From Spongospora subterranea f. sp. subterranea (lineage: Eukaryota): DNA of 64,000 nucleotides. Position numbers and translations under genes: made by a program. Shown here piece after piece: positions 34,061 through 47,290 of this stretch (position 1 is its first letter; every line of letters begins with the position of its first letter). Where the stretch lies: contig JAUGWO010000063.1 in the NCBI GenBank assembly GCA_049724395.1, positions 1-64,000 of the forward strand, in the 5' to 3' direction. The notes beneath the pieces were generated by a model. It was not told the DNA's origin, made no database searches, and saw only the letters and a program-made list of their open reading frames with translations.

Positions 34061-36661
34061 ATGGAGCCTGGGCCCGATCCAGGAGGACGTCCCAACGACC
34101 AACTGCTGAGCGCACCCGAATCGCCAAAAGTGCTTGGCGTCGATTCCGATGACGATTCGCTCTCCCAATTGAATTCGACGTTCGCCGTGTTCGGAGGTCT
34201 GGATTCGTTTTCACCCGGGATCGGTCCACCCAATAATAGTGACGATCCTGTGATTGAATCTGTTCCTGATAATAACGCGAAAAATAGTTCCTCTTCCTTT
34301 AACAACAGGTCGTCGTCAATTGTACCGGATACAAATTTTAATATCGTGTCGCCCGCTCTTTCGTCGGTATTGCAATCCAGACCGGAAAGACCTGTTCGTG
34401 GCCCTCCTTCAGAAGCGGATTTATATTCTGGTTATGGAGTTCCACAGATGATTCCGTCGAGAAGATCGCATCGTGGCGTTATCAGGCCCAACGCACCGCC
34501 AAGGTCGTCGCCACCAATTCGTCAACCTGCTAGCTTTCGAAGGATGCCTAATGCTCCTATACAGCTTAATACGAATTCATCAACGACTGTTTTATCAGAG
34601 CCAAGGATTTCCCCAAGGTTAGAGGAACATGGAGGGATTAGGATGCTCGATGGAAGCCCGTCACCTGCAAAGTTTTCACATGCTCAAACAACGAACCCCC
34701 AAGGTGGGCCACCGCCTGTTTCTAGATTCTCTACAGACCATATCCATTTACGCAATGGCCCCGAAAGGCAGACCCATGATGAGAGGTCTGTTGCTGAAAA
34801 TCATCCTCGTCCAGCAATGAGGCCCCCTATGCGAACTGGTCCGAGAATTCATCGACGACCACCGGAACCGCTTCCTTCCCGGCGACTTGATATCGGTTTC
34901 ATCCCTCGAACACATCCGCTTTCATCTCTCAACATGACATCAACCGCTCAGCAATCCGTTGGGAATCATCGGTCACCGCCCGATCAATTTGTTTCACAAC
35001 CTTCAAAGGATGAATTGGCCAGCTCTCACTTCGCCAATGAAGCACTTGACAGTTCGAAGGCGAATCAGCGTGCAATGCCTCATCAAGCGCATCCAGCAGC
35101 ACCTAGAACGCCTCTTACTCAAGCTAGCCCACTTCTGGAATCTGGACAGCAAAGGCACGGGACGGTTTTCTTTGGTCCCCGCCCACAGGTTAATATTCGG
35201 GCTCGTTTTCCTATCCGACCGCAGCGCGCTTTTCAGCGGCATCTCGGAAGCGGTACTCCTCCCGGTACTACGTCCAACCCATCTGTTATGCAGCCTCCAG
35301 GCCCATCTTCAGCTGAAGAGAATCTGAAAACTAGCAGGGCAGATAACTCTGATCCAACGATTCCGTACGCTCCAGATACTGCAGCTCCCGTTCTCAGTTC
35401 AAGCAGCAATCAATATACGGGGCGGAAACCACAGGGCGTAAATATGAGATCTGCTGGCAGTCCGTATGGGCCTAGGGTGGCAGTGCGCCCGATCCCTGTT
35501 CGTCGATTTCCCATGCAGCAACCAAATGATCAACGTGTTCCCTCCTCAATGGGTATGGGTCCGCTATTAGCTAATGCCGAAAGTGAAAACGCGGTATCGT
35601 CTGCTGCTGAAATTTCCAGTGTCAAGCCTGCTTCACATGCCGAAAGTTCAAGGTTTCCTGAACCAACTGACCAAGGCATAGAAGCCTTGAACACAAACAA
35701 GGACGTTGGTGCTTCTGATAGCTATGATGCATCGTCAGACTTCGATGCACTTTCTAGAGTTCATTTTTCTATTTCTCCAACCAAGGTTGAATCGCGTACC
35801 TCATCAGTTGAATCTAACGCTGTTAGGTCCCGTTCGGCTTCACCGACTTCTGTTTTGTCAGGATCAGAATGCCCGTCGCCGGAAAAAGCGGATACGTCTT
35901 CGAACACAAGTTGGTTGCACCGGGGTTCTCCACGTGGTGTCGTCAGCCGCCATCGGAACCTCAACCACCATGTTCAACCGACAATTGAACACAATGTTTC
36001 TAGCGAAATGCGTGAATTGCTCATAAGGAAAGCTCAAGCGTTACGCCAACGCTTCGAGGATGAGCGATTGGCCCTCAAACAACAGGTTGGGAAACTCAAA
36101 GCTACGGTTCGCACTCCAATACCAGCTCCCAATACCATGTCCTCAATTCCTGTGGAACTATATGATGATCTTCTACCTCATGCCTTTTGTGAAAATTCCC
36201 GTCTCGTTAGACGCGCCCTTGATGAACAAGCGGACAATGCAGCTCGAATGGAAGCCAGCTTGGCCAAGTTGTCATTCGTTCTTCAAAGTGAAACGTTCCC
36301 GAATGAATACAAAGACAGCATAGACGAGCGGCTGAGGAAAAGAGAGTTGGAAGACCTTCGTCAAAGCCTGTCCTCAGCTCTTCATAGGATAGACTCCCTT
36401 GTCAAGGAAAATGAGCATCTTTCGCGGCGCCTTTCTGCGAAAGAATCTCGGTTAAAGTCGGTTCAAGAGGAGTCGGCAGTGCTTATCGACACGCTGCGGT
36501 CATCACTGGAGCAGGAAACCTTCGAAAGGAAACGCATGAATGCACTTTACGACGAGGAGCGCCACGTATTGAACGCATCCCTTCGGAATACTGTTGAAGA
36601 TCTTGCGGCCGAAAACCAGAAATACCGACTGAAAATAGCGGAAGCTCATCTATCCGATTGA
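34061..36661 (+). CDS. 866-aa Pro/Ser/Arg-rich disordered protein with C-terminal coiled coil
   Basis: Long uninterrupted ORF; heptad-rich last ~200 aa; no recognisable domain. Confidence 0.75.
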   Translation: MEPGPDPGGRPNDQLLSAPESPKVLGVDSDDDSLSQLNSTFAVFGGLDSFSPGIGPPNNSDDPVIESVPDNNAKNSSSSFNNRSSSIVPDTNFNIVSPALSSVLQSRPERPVRGPPSEADLYSGYGVPQMIPSRRSHRGVIRPNAPPRSSPPIRQPASFRRMPNAPIQLNTNSSTTVLSEPRISPRLEEHGGIRMLDGSPSPAKFSHAQTTNPQGGPPPVSRFSTDHIHLRNGPERQTHDERSVAENHPRPAMRPPMRTGPRIHRRPPEPLPSRRLDIGFIPRTHPLSSLNMTSTAQQSVGNHRSPPDQFVSQPSKDELASSHFANEALDSSKANQRAMPHQAHPAAPRTPLTQASPLLESGQQRHGTVFFGPRPQVNIRARFPIRPQRAFQRHLGSGTPPGTTSNPSVMQPPGPSSAEENLKTSRADNSDPTIPYAPDTAAPVLSSSSNQYTGRKPQGVNMRSAGSPYGPRVAVRPIPVRRFPMQQPNDQRVPSSMGMGPLLANAESENAVSSAAEISSVKPASHAESSRFPEPTDQGIEALNTNKDVGASDSYDASSDFDALSRVHFSISPTKVESRTSSVESNAVRSRSASPTSVLSGSECPSPEKADTSSNTSWLHRGSPRGVVSRHRNLNHHVQPTIEHNVSSEMRELLIRKAQALRQRFEDERLALKQQVGKLKATVRTPIPAPNTMSSIPVELYDDLLPHAFCENSRLVRRALDEQADNAARMEASLAKLSFVLQSETFPNEYKDSIDERLRKRELEDLRQSLSSALHRIDSLVKENEHLSRRLSAKESRLKSVQEESAVLIDTLRSSLEQETFERKRMNALYDEERHVLNASLRNTVEDLAAENQKYRLKIAEAHLSD

Positions 36662-36726
36662 CATTATTCGCCCCAATATTTATTTATTTGATCTATCACA
36701 ATACAGTCATCTGTTGTAGATTATTA

Positions 36727-38909
36727 TTATTTTCTGAAGTGCACTGGTCTTCTCGTTTGTTGCTTTTTCCTTCCTTCAACCTTGCCGGCGTCCTTCTGAT
36801 CTGCAATAATCGAACCTTTGTACTTCGGCGTGAACGTCACCGATCGGGACCCTTCTTTGTCAAATTTTACTTCACCCCCGACGTCGGGCGCGTTCACGTG
36901 TTTCCGCGCGGCGGTGTCGTCTAGCTGGCGTTTTCTCTCAGACATGGACAGCTTGATAGCCTTTTTGGGAACGGCAGCGGCTGCAGCATCGGCAGGTTGC
37001 AAGGGGATCAGCGTTCCCTGGGTTTTGATCTCGAACATCGTCTTTTTTTTCGCGGGTTTGTTGCGGATCTTCTTCTCCTTGGATCGTGGATTCTTGTTGG
37101 AAAACAGATCATCAGTGTCGCTGCCGCTTCCATCGTCGCTGGATTTGCCATCATCGTTTTGGTCGTCGCTTTCGTCGACCATCGCAAATCGCCCATCGTC
37201 CTTGCCGTCGACGACCCCGCCCAGTTTGGCGTTCGACGGATGCAACCGAACGAACTCGTCGCTCTCCTGATCGATCGCGAACTCAGAGTCCTTGAACAGG
37301 CTCGCGAATCGGGAGTCGCCAAGAGGATTCGTAGCCGACCCGCTTTTGGAAGCCGATTGCAGCAGCGCTTCGGCATAATCTTTGTTGACCTTTGGTAATC
37401 TGTAAAACACTGTAAAAATGTGAAATCCACTTTCGATCGACAGACGCCGTACTTTTTCGGCAGAGTAATCCGATCAGCGCGTTGCGCTTGGATCTTCTCT
37501 TGGACTCGCTTCTTGATGAACGTCTCGTATTCGAACGGATCGGCGACCGCCTTGACTTTATGCCACAGGCGCAGGTCCATGAAGAACCCGTGCATGTACG
37601 CTCGCAGCAGGTTCGACCCGATCAGATGGGACAACCCCATTGTGTCCAACTCGGAGCGCGTCACGAACTTGTAATCGTCAAACGCAGACGTCTTCGTCTC
37701 CTCCTCCAGCTCTTCCGTTAAATTATCCAGAAACGCACACCACCTGAGTTCGATTTTAGAATGCAGTTTCCGATCACAAAACCCGTCGTTTTTTCTACTT
37801 CGGAGCGGGTCCAAGTTCCGGAATATAGAACGTTGGAACGCGATGTTGCTCCCCGGCCCCGAATATGAGACCGCTGCCTTGCACAAGACACAGCTTGTTG
37901 ACGGCGGCGTCGGTCTGGATACTGGTTAGCGCCTCGCCGGACTGGCGATCCCACAGTTTGATGATGGCGCCATCCGTCGAGACGACCTGCCGGCTCTTCT
38001 CGTGGAACCTGATATCCTTGATCGGCAGGCCATAGCGATGGTCTTTGTCCAGCAACGGGAGCGCCGTTCGCAGGTCATACAGCAAGCAATGACCGGAATC
38101 GGTTCCGACAGCCATCGTTAATCCATCCGCCTGAGAAAACCAGAGAAATTAGCGATTCCGACTTGATTTAACAAAAAACAAAATGAACAGAAATTACAGC
38201 GAATTCCAGAGCCGATATGTCGGCAGAACCAGAGCTGGAGGATGTACGAACAGTGAGGGCAGCGGAACGAGTTCGATCTCGCGGGTCCCAGCACTCGATT
38301 CTCGAATCGGCACCGCCGACGGCGGTCAACTGATGAACGGGATTAACGCTAATGCAGTTGATTTCCTTGAGATTCGGTCTCGAATCCGCCCAAGAACTGT
38401 CCCTGCTCCAAGTTCAGCCTCCACAGCTCGTTGCTCGCACCGCCGACGTACAGATCGCACGCGACGGGATTATATCCCATATCGCGACCGAATTTCGGCA
38501 CCCGAACCGAGTGCAGAACCCCATATCGCGCGTGTAATTCAATTGTGCGATCGGCGCGAAGGAACGCCATCTTCGAGAAATCATCGCTCAGGACGTGCAT
38601 GGCGACGACCTCGGAATCGAAATGCCGCTCGAACTTCATACTGAGCTGGTCAAGCTCGAACACCTTCACCTGTGGCCGATAAACACCACAAGCGACGATA
38701 TATCTCTGATCTGGCGATAAACAGATATGGGTCGACGCTGTCGGGAAGTCGAAATTCTGCACCAGCTCCAGTCGGCGTCGGAACTCGTCGTTATAGCGAA
38801 GGGTGCGGTTCGATGCCGTCTTCGTCGAGTCGAGCCATTCGGGTAAAGTCTTGCCCGCCGAAAGATTGTAGACTTTGACCCCGTTCAAAGCTGAGTACGC
38901 TAGCGCCAT
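36727..38909 (-). CDS. NOL10: Nucleolar protein 10 / Enp2 (WD40 plus NUC153), multi-exon
   Basis: VKVYNLSAGKTLPEWL, RRLELVQNFDFPTAS, GVYRPQVKVFELDQLSMKFERH, WCAFLDNLTEELEE, YDD-type FDDYKFVT, LLRAYMHGFF, DSRFASLFKDSEFAID; one apparent extra base at ~38362-38364. Confidence 0.95.
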
Positions 38910-39178
38910 CGGGCCCTTTCTACGAGGGAATAGCTATAGGGACGGGCGAATCGCCAGGGCTCTGAATTTTTCGAAGCGCCGGGTCTCCTCTGAGCGAAAT
39001 CCCAATTCCAGACCCAGTGTATATGTACACGGATTCCGTCACGGACTTGCCAACTCCGTAGATCGCCATAGTATACACACGGGGGTCGGTTGGGTGACTG
39101 CTCGTCACAGGCCAAGAGTCCAATCAATTTACTGCGAGGGGGGCGGGGATCCGGCCAGCTCCATCCGTCCAGGATCGA

Positions 39179-40305
39179 ATGCCGGCTGATGATGCTTCAC
39201 TGGAGTCTCGCGACGCCCCTCAATTATCCCCTAGGAAGTACCGGCTGATGTCGGCGTCGATCGGCGCCCTGATGACGTCCCTGACGATGACGCCCCTGGA
39301 CGTGGTTCGGGTTCGGATGCAGGCCGCCAATGGCGTCAATACCGGTGAATACATATTACGCCCCGTTTGCCCCGAATCGGGTCCCGTCATGACTCCTTGC
39401 GGTCCAGGCGGGTTTACGTACCGTATATGGAACGGTCTCAACGATGGCGAATTATGGTGCCATCGTTGTAATCAACGCTCGTTCACCCGTGCGTCCGACG
39501 GCACATTCATGTCCATGTTCCGTCTGATCCGGTCGGAAGGCGTCACATCACTATGGCGAGGTCTAACTCCAACATTGGCGCAATCCATTCCCTCTACCGT
39601 CATCTATTTCACGAGCTATGATGAACTGCAGCAAATGTTGAGCGCCAATCACGTCATGATGGGCCCAGCTATCGCCGGAGTCGTTTCCCGACTCGGCGCG
39701 GCATCGGTCGTATCTCCCATTGAGCTAGTACGTACCCGTGTCATGGCCCATCAAGGTCGACCGGAATCGGCCTGGACGTTATTGTCCAACGTCTCCAAGG
39801 AAGTCGCCGCCGAGTGCAGGTCGCATGGAACCCGAGTACTATTTCGTGGCCTGGGCCCGACCTTACTTCGGGACCTCCCTTTCTCTGCTTTATACTGGAG
39901 CGGTTTCGAGACGTTCTACCCGAAATTACGCTCGTTGCACCGAAGGTGGATTCCCGATATAACTCCAACTCAGTTGGCGTTCTCAAGCGCGTTCATTGGC
40001 GGATCAGTATCTGGGACGATCGCTGCAATGTCAGTGCCCGGTTCAAACGATTTTTCAACCGATGGATTTCTAATCATTGTTTCAGTGCGACGCACCCGTT
40101 CGACGTAATCAAGACCAAGCAGCAGACCGAAATGTATGGGTCTGGAGCCGGTTTCAAGTCGATTAAGTCGCTGTTCCAGGAGATTTATAAATCCGGTGGG
40201 ATTCAGGCGTTATTCGTCGGCCTGACGCCCCGTGTGGTGAAGATTGCCCCAGCTTGCGCCATCATGATATCGTCCTACGAGCTGGGGAAAACCATCTTCC
40301 GGTGA
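39179..40305 (+). CDS. Mitochondrial carrier, SLC25A39/40 (Mtm1)-like; intron 40030-40085
   Basis: Three PX(D/E)XX(K/R)X(K/R) motifs (PLDVVRVR, PIELVRTR, PFDVIKTK); Cys-containing loop 1; EGVTSLWRGLTPTL; C-terminal APACAIMISSYELGK. Confidence 0.9.
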
Positions 40306-40365
40306 CGACCACCCTTCGCCTTGTTTTATATCTCAACTAATATTAAAACCTATTATATATATTTG

Positions 40366-41038
40366 TTATCGACTGTCGCGAATGTATTTGTTCAGGTCGA
40401 ATTCGCGGGGGCGATGGTTGAAATCGCGAACCAGATTGAACTCGGCACTCGAATAAAAATACATCAATCTGACCACGAAAACAATCACAATCTTATCGGA
40501 ACCGTTACGAAGACGACAACGGACCTGTCTAAAATCGTTTCCGCCTCTTTCACCGTTAAAACCGAGACGATATCGGCTCGCACCAGGCCAACCGCCTTGG
40601 TGGCGCACAGCTCGTCGTAGAACGTGACGGTCATCATCGGCACTGTATCGGGGCGCCGATGCTGAAACTGCTCCAACGTCGTCAGCATGCAGACGTTCTT
40701 TTGGAACTGGGAAACCAGGCTGAAAAACCCTGACGTCCGATGCACCGGGAACATGAACATCTGAATCAAAACGAAAACATTTACAACAAAAAACGCTCCT
40801 GATGCGATCTGCTTTAGCAAACGATTACGGGATTGTTTTCAGAATTTTTGATGATCTTTTCTAGTCGCCATGGCTCGATGGATTTCCCCAAACACTCCGG
40901 TTTCGATGAATGATATTCTGCCCAGATTCGACGGGTCTCATCTGGGGTCACATTCGACCTATCGATCAGCGGCAGCTTGAGCAGGTCGGCCAGTTTCCTG
41001 GCGGCCGTCACGATCGATCGCCGCTGCACCTTCATCAT
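40366..41038 (-). CDS. ATP11: ATP synthase F1 assembly factor 1 (Atp11); introns 40761-40828 and 40469-40524
   Basis: RKLADLLKLPL..IWAEYH..NPMFMFPV..TTLEQF..TFYDEL..GLVRADI..FY..LVRDFNHRPREFD. Confidence 0.85.
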
Positions 41039-41293
41039 CGTGATGTGTCGTTATGGGTCCTGTTAACCTGACCTTGGGGTTCTTGCGCAATTCAGAATAA
41101 TCCCTTTTGGCCCTTGTACACTGCCACAAGTTAAAGCCTTCGAGCTCTACAGAAGAGAAATGGAGAAATCGAATGACGATTACAAGCAGAACTCATTTTG
41201 GGGGTGGAAGAGCGGAACGGTCGTGTCCTATTTACCGTTGTTCTGGCGAAATTACACAGGGTATTAATGAGAAAAGATGAGATATTTACTATT

Positions 41294-43647
41294 TTAGGGA
41301 AGTGCCATCATATCAACATCATCTAATCCGGCAGCAATTACCTCTTGTTGTTCAGTGGATAAACGGTCATCCGTTCCTGGGTCGTCGTCATTGCCAGGTG
41401 CCATGGTCGAAGAAGGTTCCGGTGACGTTGGAGAAAAAGTTATCGTTGTCGGCTCCACTGTAAGACGTGGAAGAGTCGACGACGCTTGCGCAGGAAAATG
41501 CAACGTGCTCGTCGCCCGACCGATACTTGATTCCTCAGCCTGGCGGAACACTTGGAACTGATCGGCTGACCAACTTCTGATCCGCGACCCTAGATTCTCC
41601 GATGGGTGATGACGATCGATCGCGGATAACGCCATTTCCCCACTACGAGCAATACCGGCGCGTAATTGACGAACACAGGCGTCAAGTTCAAATTCGATGT
41701 CACAATGTTCCCGTATAAGAGCCATGTGACGCCATGTGTAAAGAGCAGATTCTTGCATGCAAAAATCGAACCTTTCCCGCGATGGATTTTCGAGAAGAGT
41801 CAGAAACGCACGGAAAGAGGGTTTAGGATACAAAGTGATATCACCAACGTAGCTTTGAAAAGCCAGACTTTGCAGACGGCTGAATGTGCCTTCGGAGAAA
41901 ACCAGGGACCCCAATCGAAGAACCAGATCCCGTACTTCGCCACCTAAATATGTGATTGCCCTTGCCATTATGCTGGAGCTAGCACTGAGCATCTGCTGTG
42001 GCGCCAAAACTGGAACAACGTGAGGGTTGACCTGACTCACGATGAAGTGGTTCACATTGAACATTTCGGCAAGTCGTCGCATGGGTAGATCTGACTGAAC
42101 GCTCCCGTCAAGCCACATGACCTCTCTAGAGAATAATGGAACGATTTGCCCATTCGGTTCTTTGCTCATCAATTCTACAGGGTTGAAAACCCAAGGTATC
42201 TATAATCCACGAACAGAAACAAAGTGTCAAACAGCAGAAAGATCAGAATTCATCAAATCCATTACCGCGCAGCTTGCACAAACAGCGGACGAAATCTGGA
42301 TATGCATTATCAGAAGCGACACAAAAAACACGGCTGACATCGTACCAAAACTGCTGGTGCTGTAAGATAGTTAAGGAGAAGCGGCTCAGTGTTCAAGTGA
42401 GTTCCATGTGCGCATACAGATATGTTCAAAATTCGACCGGTTCTGGCATAAGCCTCCTGAAAGCTGAAGTTGCCGACATTGTCTCTTACGCATTGCTCCA
42501 GGGCGGTCATATCGTAGACATGCCCTTGACGCCAGAGCCGCATAACTTTTCGCCACAACGACCCAGAGTTTGATGGAAAGGCATCGAGGTTTGTTACGCC
42601 ATTTCTCGATAATTCCTCAAGTTCATCGTCGTTCCGAGTGCCAACCTAAGTAAAGTCAAAAAAAAATTCACAACAAAGCAGGAGTTTTGGACAACCATAG
42701 CTGCGAATAATGCTCCCACGCTTGATCCGGATATGATCCTGGGAAGTACTTTTTTGTTGACCAGAGCCTTGATAACACCTAAATGGTCACCATTGAATGC
42801 ACTATTGGCGTAGGAAATACGAAATGTACCTGAATGATAAAGACCTAAAGTAGAACCTCCGCTCAAAAGCAAAGCTGACCGACCAAACGAATGCCTTGTT
42901 TCCATAAAAAAAGCCAATTTGCGCACGTTCTGAATTGGACTTGTTCGCTCATTAGCAACAAGGTTTAGAGCACGCACAACTTCTCGAGTGTAATCTTCCA
43001 CCTGCTCAAAAATTTACAATCTGCATAAGGCAGTGATTGATCAATATCTCACCAAAGTTTTTGTTCCCGAAAGTAGATATCCGTACAATTTGGGATTTCC
43101 GATGCCTCCGAAGTTGCGCTGCAATCCAGAGCGTAGAAACCTCATCAATCCTTCTATGTCGTGACGGTCGACCAGTTGTCGCAGTGTATTGAGATTATCG
43201 CGAATCTTCCTATAGTCGTACAGGTCGCTCTTGTCAACGTCTTTCCAGGCCATACGATTGCAGATCAAATCAAGTTTGGCAGCCGAATCCCTCCATTCAT
43301 CGTAGTCTTTGGCATTATCCATTTGCGTTTTTAAGATTTTGAATCTGGCGACATGTCAGAACAAAACCCCAGACCCAAGTAGAGGAAACGATTACAGATA
43401 AATAACGATCTTGTTTGCCCAAATACCAGGCAATGATGTGCTTAACTCTCATGATTTGCGATTGGAACAAGCGACCAAGCCGGCCATATGCAAAATATGA
43501 AGAGTACAGCAAGAGCAGGAGGAGGATATGGCGGCATATAACGCGTATCAGAAGATCGGGGGCCAAAATCCACCCAAAAAACTTGACATTCCCTTTTGCT
43601 AAAAGCACGACTCCATTGACGAGGGCTTTGACTGGAGTTGGGTTCAT
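41294..43647 (-). CDS. Patatin-like triacylglycerol lipase (SDP1/Tgl3-5 family), multi-exon
   Basis: DUF3336-like region (YDEWRDSAAKLD..LYDYRKI); FGRSALLLSGGSTLGLYH; ISGSSVGA; FQEAYARTGRILNISV; WLDGSV..LAEMFNVNHFIVSQVNPH. Confidence 0.92.
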
Positions 43648-43838
43648 CTATAGAATCCCACCTTGATATAAATGATTAAGCAATTGAACGGCATCAAATG
43701 CGACAGAAGAGTAAAGACGTAGCCAGCAGCGTAGCCATGTGTTATAGTGAATAGAGGAATAGGATGGAGAGGTAACACGTGACTGGACTGCTTTCGTGCT
43801 TGACTGCCACACCTGTGGGACAACAATCGGCAGCACAG

Positions 43839-44590
43839 ATCAGGTAGAGTAACCGGTGGACTGCTGCACGGGCTACTGGGAGGAGAGGGGTAACCCAGGG
43901 GAATGCGACAAGACGGACACTGGCTCTGGGAGGGGGCAGGTAACGCAGGGGCTTGACTACCATAGGGCAATCGGCAGCCCGGATCAGGTAGAGTAACCGG
44001 TGGACTGCTGCACGGGCACTGGGAGGAGAGGGGTAACCCAGGGGAATGCGACAAGACGGACACTGGCTCTGGGAGGGGGCAGGTAACGCAGGGGCTTGAC
44101 TACCCCATAGGGCAATCGGCAGCCCGGATCAGGTAGAGTAACCGGTGGACTGCTGCACGGGCACTGGGAGGAGAGGGGTAACCCAGGGGAATGCGACAAG
44201 ACGGACACTGGCTCTGGGAGGGGGCAGGTAACGCAGGGGCTTGACTACCCCATAGGGCAATCGGCAGCCCGGATCAGGTAGAGTAACCGGTGGACTGCTG
44301 CACGGGCACTGGGAGGAGAGGGGTAACCCAGGGGAATGCGACAAGACGGACACTGGCTCTGGGAGGGGGCAGGTAACGCAGGGGCTTGACTACCCCATAG
44401 GGCAATCGGCAGCCCGGATCAGGTAGAGTAACCGGTGGACTGCTGCACGGGCACTGGGAGGAGAGGGGTAACCCAGGGGAATGCGACAAGACGGACACTG
44501 GCTCTGGGAGGGGGCAGGTAACGCAAAGGCTTGACTACCATAGGGCAATCGGCAGCCCGGATCAGGTAGGGCAACCGGTGGACTGTTGGA
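43839..44590. repeat. ~145-bp GC-rich tandem satellite, ~5 units
   Basis: GATCAGGTAGAGTAACCGGTGGACTGCTGCACGGG recurs at ~43839, 43982, 44127, 44272, 44417 and 44560. Confidence 0.95.
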
Positions 44591-45399
44591 TTCGGATTTC
44601 GGACACTGGCTCGGGGATGGGAGGTTTGACTAACCTACCACACCCAACAACACAGGTGTCGACAGAACAGATCAGGTAGAGTAGCTGGACGGACACGGGC
44701 TCTAGCGGTAACCCGCTTGATCGCCATAGGGCAGTCGGCAGGGCCGCGATCAAGGAGATTAACAGCGGGACCCTGATCCATGAGGTTGACCGAACCGGAC
44801 GACAGCGGGTCTTTCTAATGTGGGAGAGATTACTCCCCCTATAACAGAAAATACATGATCGAAAATCGATATGCCCCATAAGCTCAAGCATTTCACTATA
44901 ATGGTGCATAGTCGTTTCCTTCGATTAGCTTTATTCTTCCTTAACTGTGGCAAAGGCAACTTGCGAATTTTGTGAGACATTCGCACTGGACCATTTTGCA
45001 ATCGAAATTTGGTTGTAACCAATCTGCCACATTGTTCATACTGCGAATGAGCCAAGATCGGCCTATACATGATAACCATATCCATGAACATGATTATCCA
45101 ATCTATGTGCGATTGAGAAACATCCTCAACTGAATGAAATCAGCGCTTATAAAAATGACGCAAATGAAGCTGTGGAGTAATGCCCGGAATTTGAATTTAT
45201 CTCACAGCTTCGAGTTTCGAGCATCATCAAACCCGCAGTTCACGCCGCATCACGTTCCCGGTTGCCGTTCTTGAAAGCGATGTAATTATCGCGGACCTAG
45301 AATATGGTAGCAGTTTTAGCAGCAATACCGAATTTGGAACGAGGTCGGCCTTGAAAAGAGGATTATGATGATCCTCAATAATTTCTTGCAGTTTGATTA

Positions 45400-45960
45400 A
45401 ATTTCCAGTTTATCTAGGATCAGCACAATCTAACTGTGGATTATATGCCCGCATCCTTCGGTTCACATGTGTGCGATCGCTCGCGACACAAACAGCCAAC
45501 TTCTCCAATACAGCGGTTCTTTTTCTCATCTCATCCGCTTCTATTGCGAGTACATTGATAATAGTTGCGCAAGGAATTTATTCGACGATCATCATTTTCA
45601 TGCAGCTCATTTGTACAGTTTATCGAGAAGAAGTACAAATCTCTTCGCTTATGTTTAGTTTATCGGCGACTGAAGGACAAATCTCTTCGCTTATGTGTGG
45701 TTTATCGGCGACTGAAGGACAAATCTCTTCGCTTATGTGCGGTTTATCGGCGACTCAACTCAGATACAATGAAGAATCGGTACCCTGTTCCCCCTTATTA
45801 GTGCCACTTTGTCCAGCGTTGATTCCGGGAGAGTGTTGTGCGCAATCGTGTTCGCGTTTGGGAAGGCAGTGAATGGAAGAACGACTGTGAGGACAAAATT
45901 TGGCTTGCTTGAATACCTTGGGATGCCTGTTTGCCAAGCATGTGCTTCGGCCTCACGTAC
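45400..45960 (+). pseudogene. Decayed chromovirus pol fragment related to element 638-5589
   Basis: [12 protein letters not shown] repeated three times (tandem duplication), KNRYPVP, VRTKFGLLEYLGMP, SLATQT. Confidence 0.75.
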
Positions 45961-46755
45961 AGAACTTGCAAAAAAGACGGCAAACATATTTTCTATTCAT
46001 GAAAGAAGAACAAATTGCAGTCTGTGAGTTCTGACCTCAGCGGTTGACCTGCGTCCCCCACCCACGAAACATGCTTCTTCTTTCATGGTCTGTTTGAAAA
46101 ATTTAAAACCCTGTGACAATGTTGGTATTCCGTCCGCAGGATTAGTATTCGAATTCTATTAATGTAATTTGACGCTGAGGATTGCTGAACATGGATACCT
46201 TCAAGCAATTAAAGCGAAGATTTAGCAAACGAAAAATCGGAAAGATCCCATAATGACGTCAACGATGGTATTGTCAAGCCATGCTGTAATTCTTTTACCA
46301 CGTTGTTTCAGATGATCATAACCTGAATTGAACAGTATGGATCTGCTTAACAACCCCAAAGAAAAACTCCCCCGAAATTGAGCGGGCACGACCTTGCTTT
46401 CTCTGTAATCCTAATGCTCATCCATCACAGTTTTGAGCGTAGAGAAAGGGGAGTGAGTTAACATTATTTAAGATGATAGATCGATCACAATAATGCGATA
46501 TCTCTCAAAGAGTAACACGAATGCGGACAGTAACACGAAAGCGGTGTAGCGTATGCAACTGTTTCCGAGCCATCTTTGCTGGTCATGCAGCTTCTCGAAC
46601 GTTTCACAGGCCGTTACAGTGGGCGGGACCGGAAGTCCTCCCGAGTCGGCGTCGCCATGCCATACGTACAGTTACGTGTCTCTCATGAGTTGGTTCGACT
46701 CAAGCCAGCACAGCACGCGGCTCCGCAGGCCCGGCATAATCCGTATGCTGTAATC

Positions 46756-47249
46756 ATGTCGGCACCGCTCCAGCTAATCGCCAACATCGTGCCGTTTTCG
46801 AGCAATCTAAAATTAGGTGCAAATCGAAAGTAGCTTCCGCTGAATCAATCGATTATGACAGGGCTGTATCAGACAGAATGTATTATCTTGGAAAAGAATC
46901 AAGTGTCCGAGACGGCTGATGGCTCTCGTATTTGCCAGTGTCTTGTTGCCGACGGATCGGCAGCGATCAATTTAAGCCTCTGGGATAAACAAATTGACGC
47001 TCTCGAAGTTGCCGATATCATTACCATAACCGGAGGGTATTTACAGCTGTTTTGTAAACTGAGAAATGAGTTCCGATTATTGGTTTTAGCACATCATCGC
47101 TCTATAAAGATGCATTGTCGATTCACGTACGACACCCCGGTTCCATCGCTCGAACCGGTAATTTCACTAAAGTGTTCGTCGAGACGCCTAACGTCAGTTC
47201 CTGGCGATGGAAGAAAGATCCAACGACGAAAGGTTTTGTAAGAGCTTGA
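46756..47249 (+). CDS. SOSS complex subunit B / NABP-type OB-fold ssDNA-binding protein; exons 46756-46816, 46877-47036, 47090-47249
   Basis: Spliced product ..ECIILEK..CLVADGSAAINLSLWD..LEVADIITITGGTSSLYKDALSI..GSIARTGNFTKVFVETPNVS matches the NABP/SSB1 pattern. Confidence 0.85.
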
Positions 47250-47290
47250 TGATCAATATACGAATTTTATCGGAACCACTAATGAATGGT

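Noticed and set aside
36818..38682. Plus-strand ORFs overlapping NOL10
   Set aside because: Antisense shadows of a GC-rich coding sequence.
43644..44498. Cys/Pro-rich repeated ORFs as metallothionein-like genes
   Set aside because: They are products of the 145-bp array, whose period is not a multiple of 3, so the same peptide appears in shifting frames.
46550..46750. GC-rich stretch as RNase P/MRP or other ncRNA
   Set aside because: Only a partial GGAAGTCC resemblance and no matching CR-V motif; more simply the promoter/5' UTR of the SOSS-B gene.
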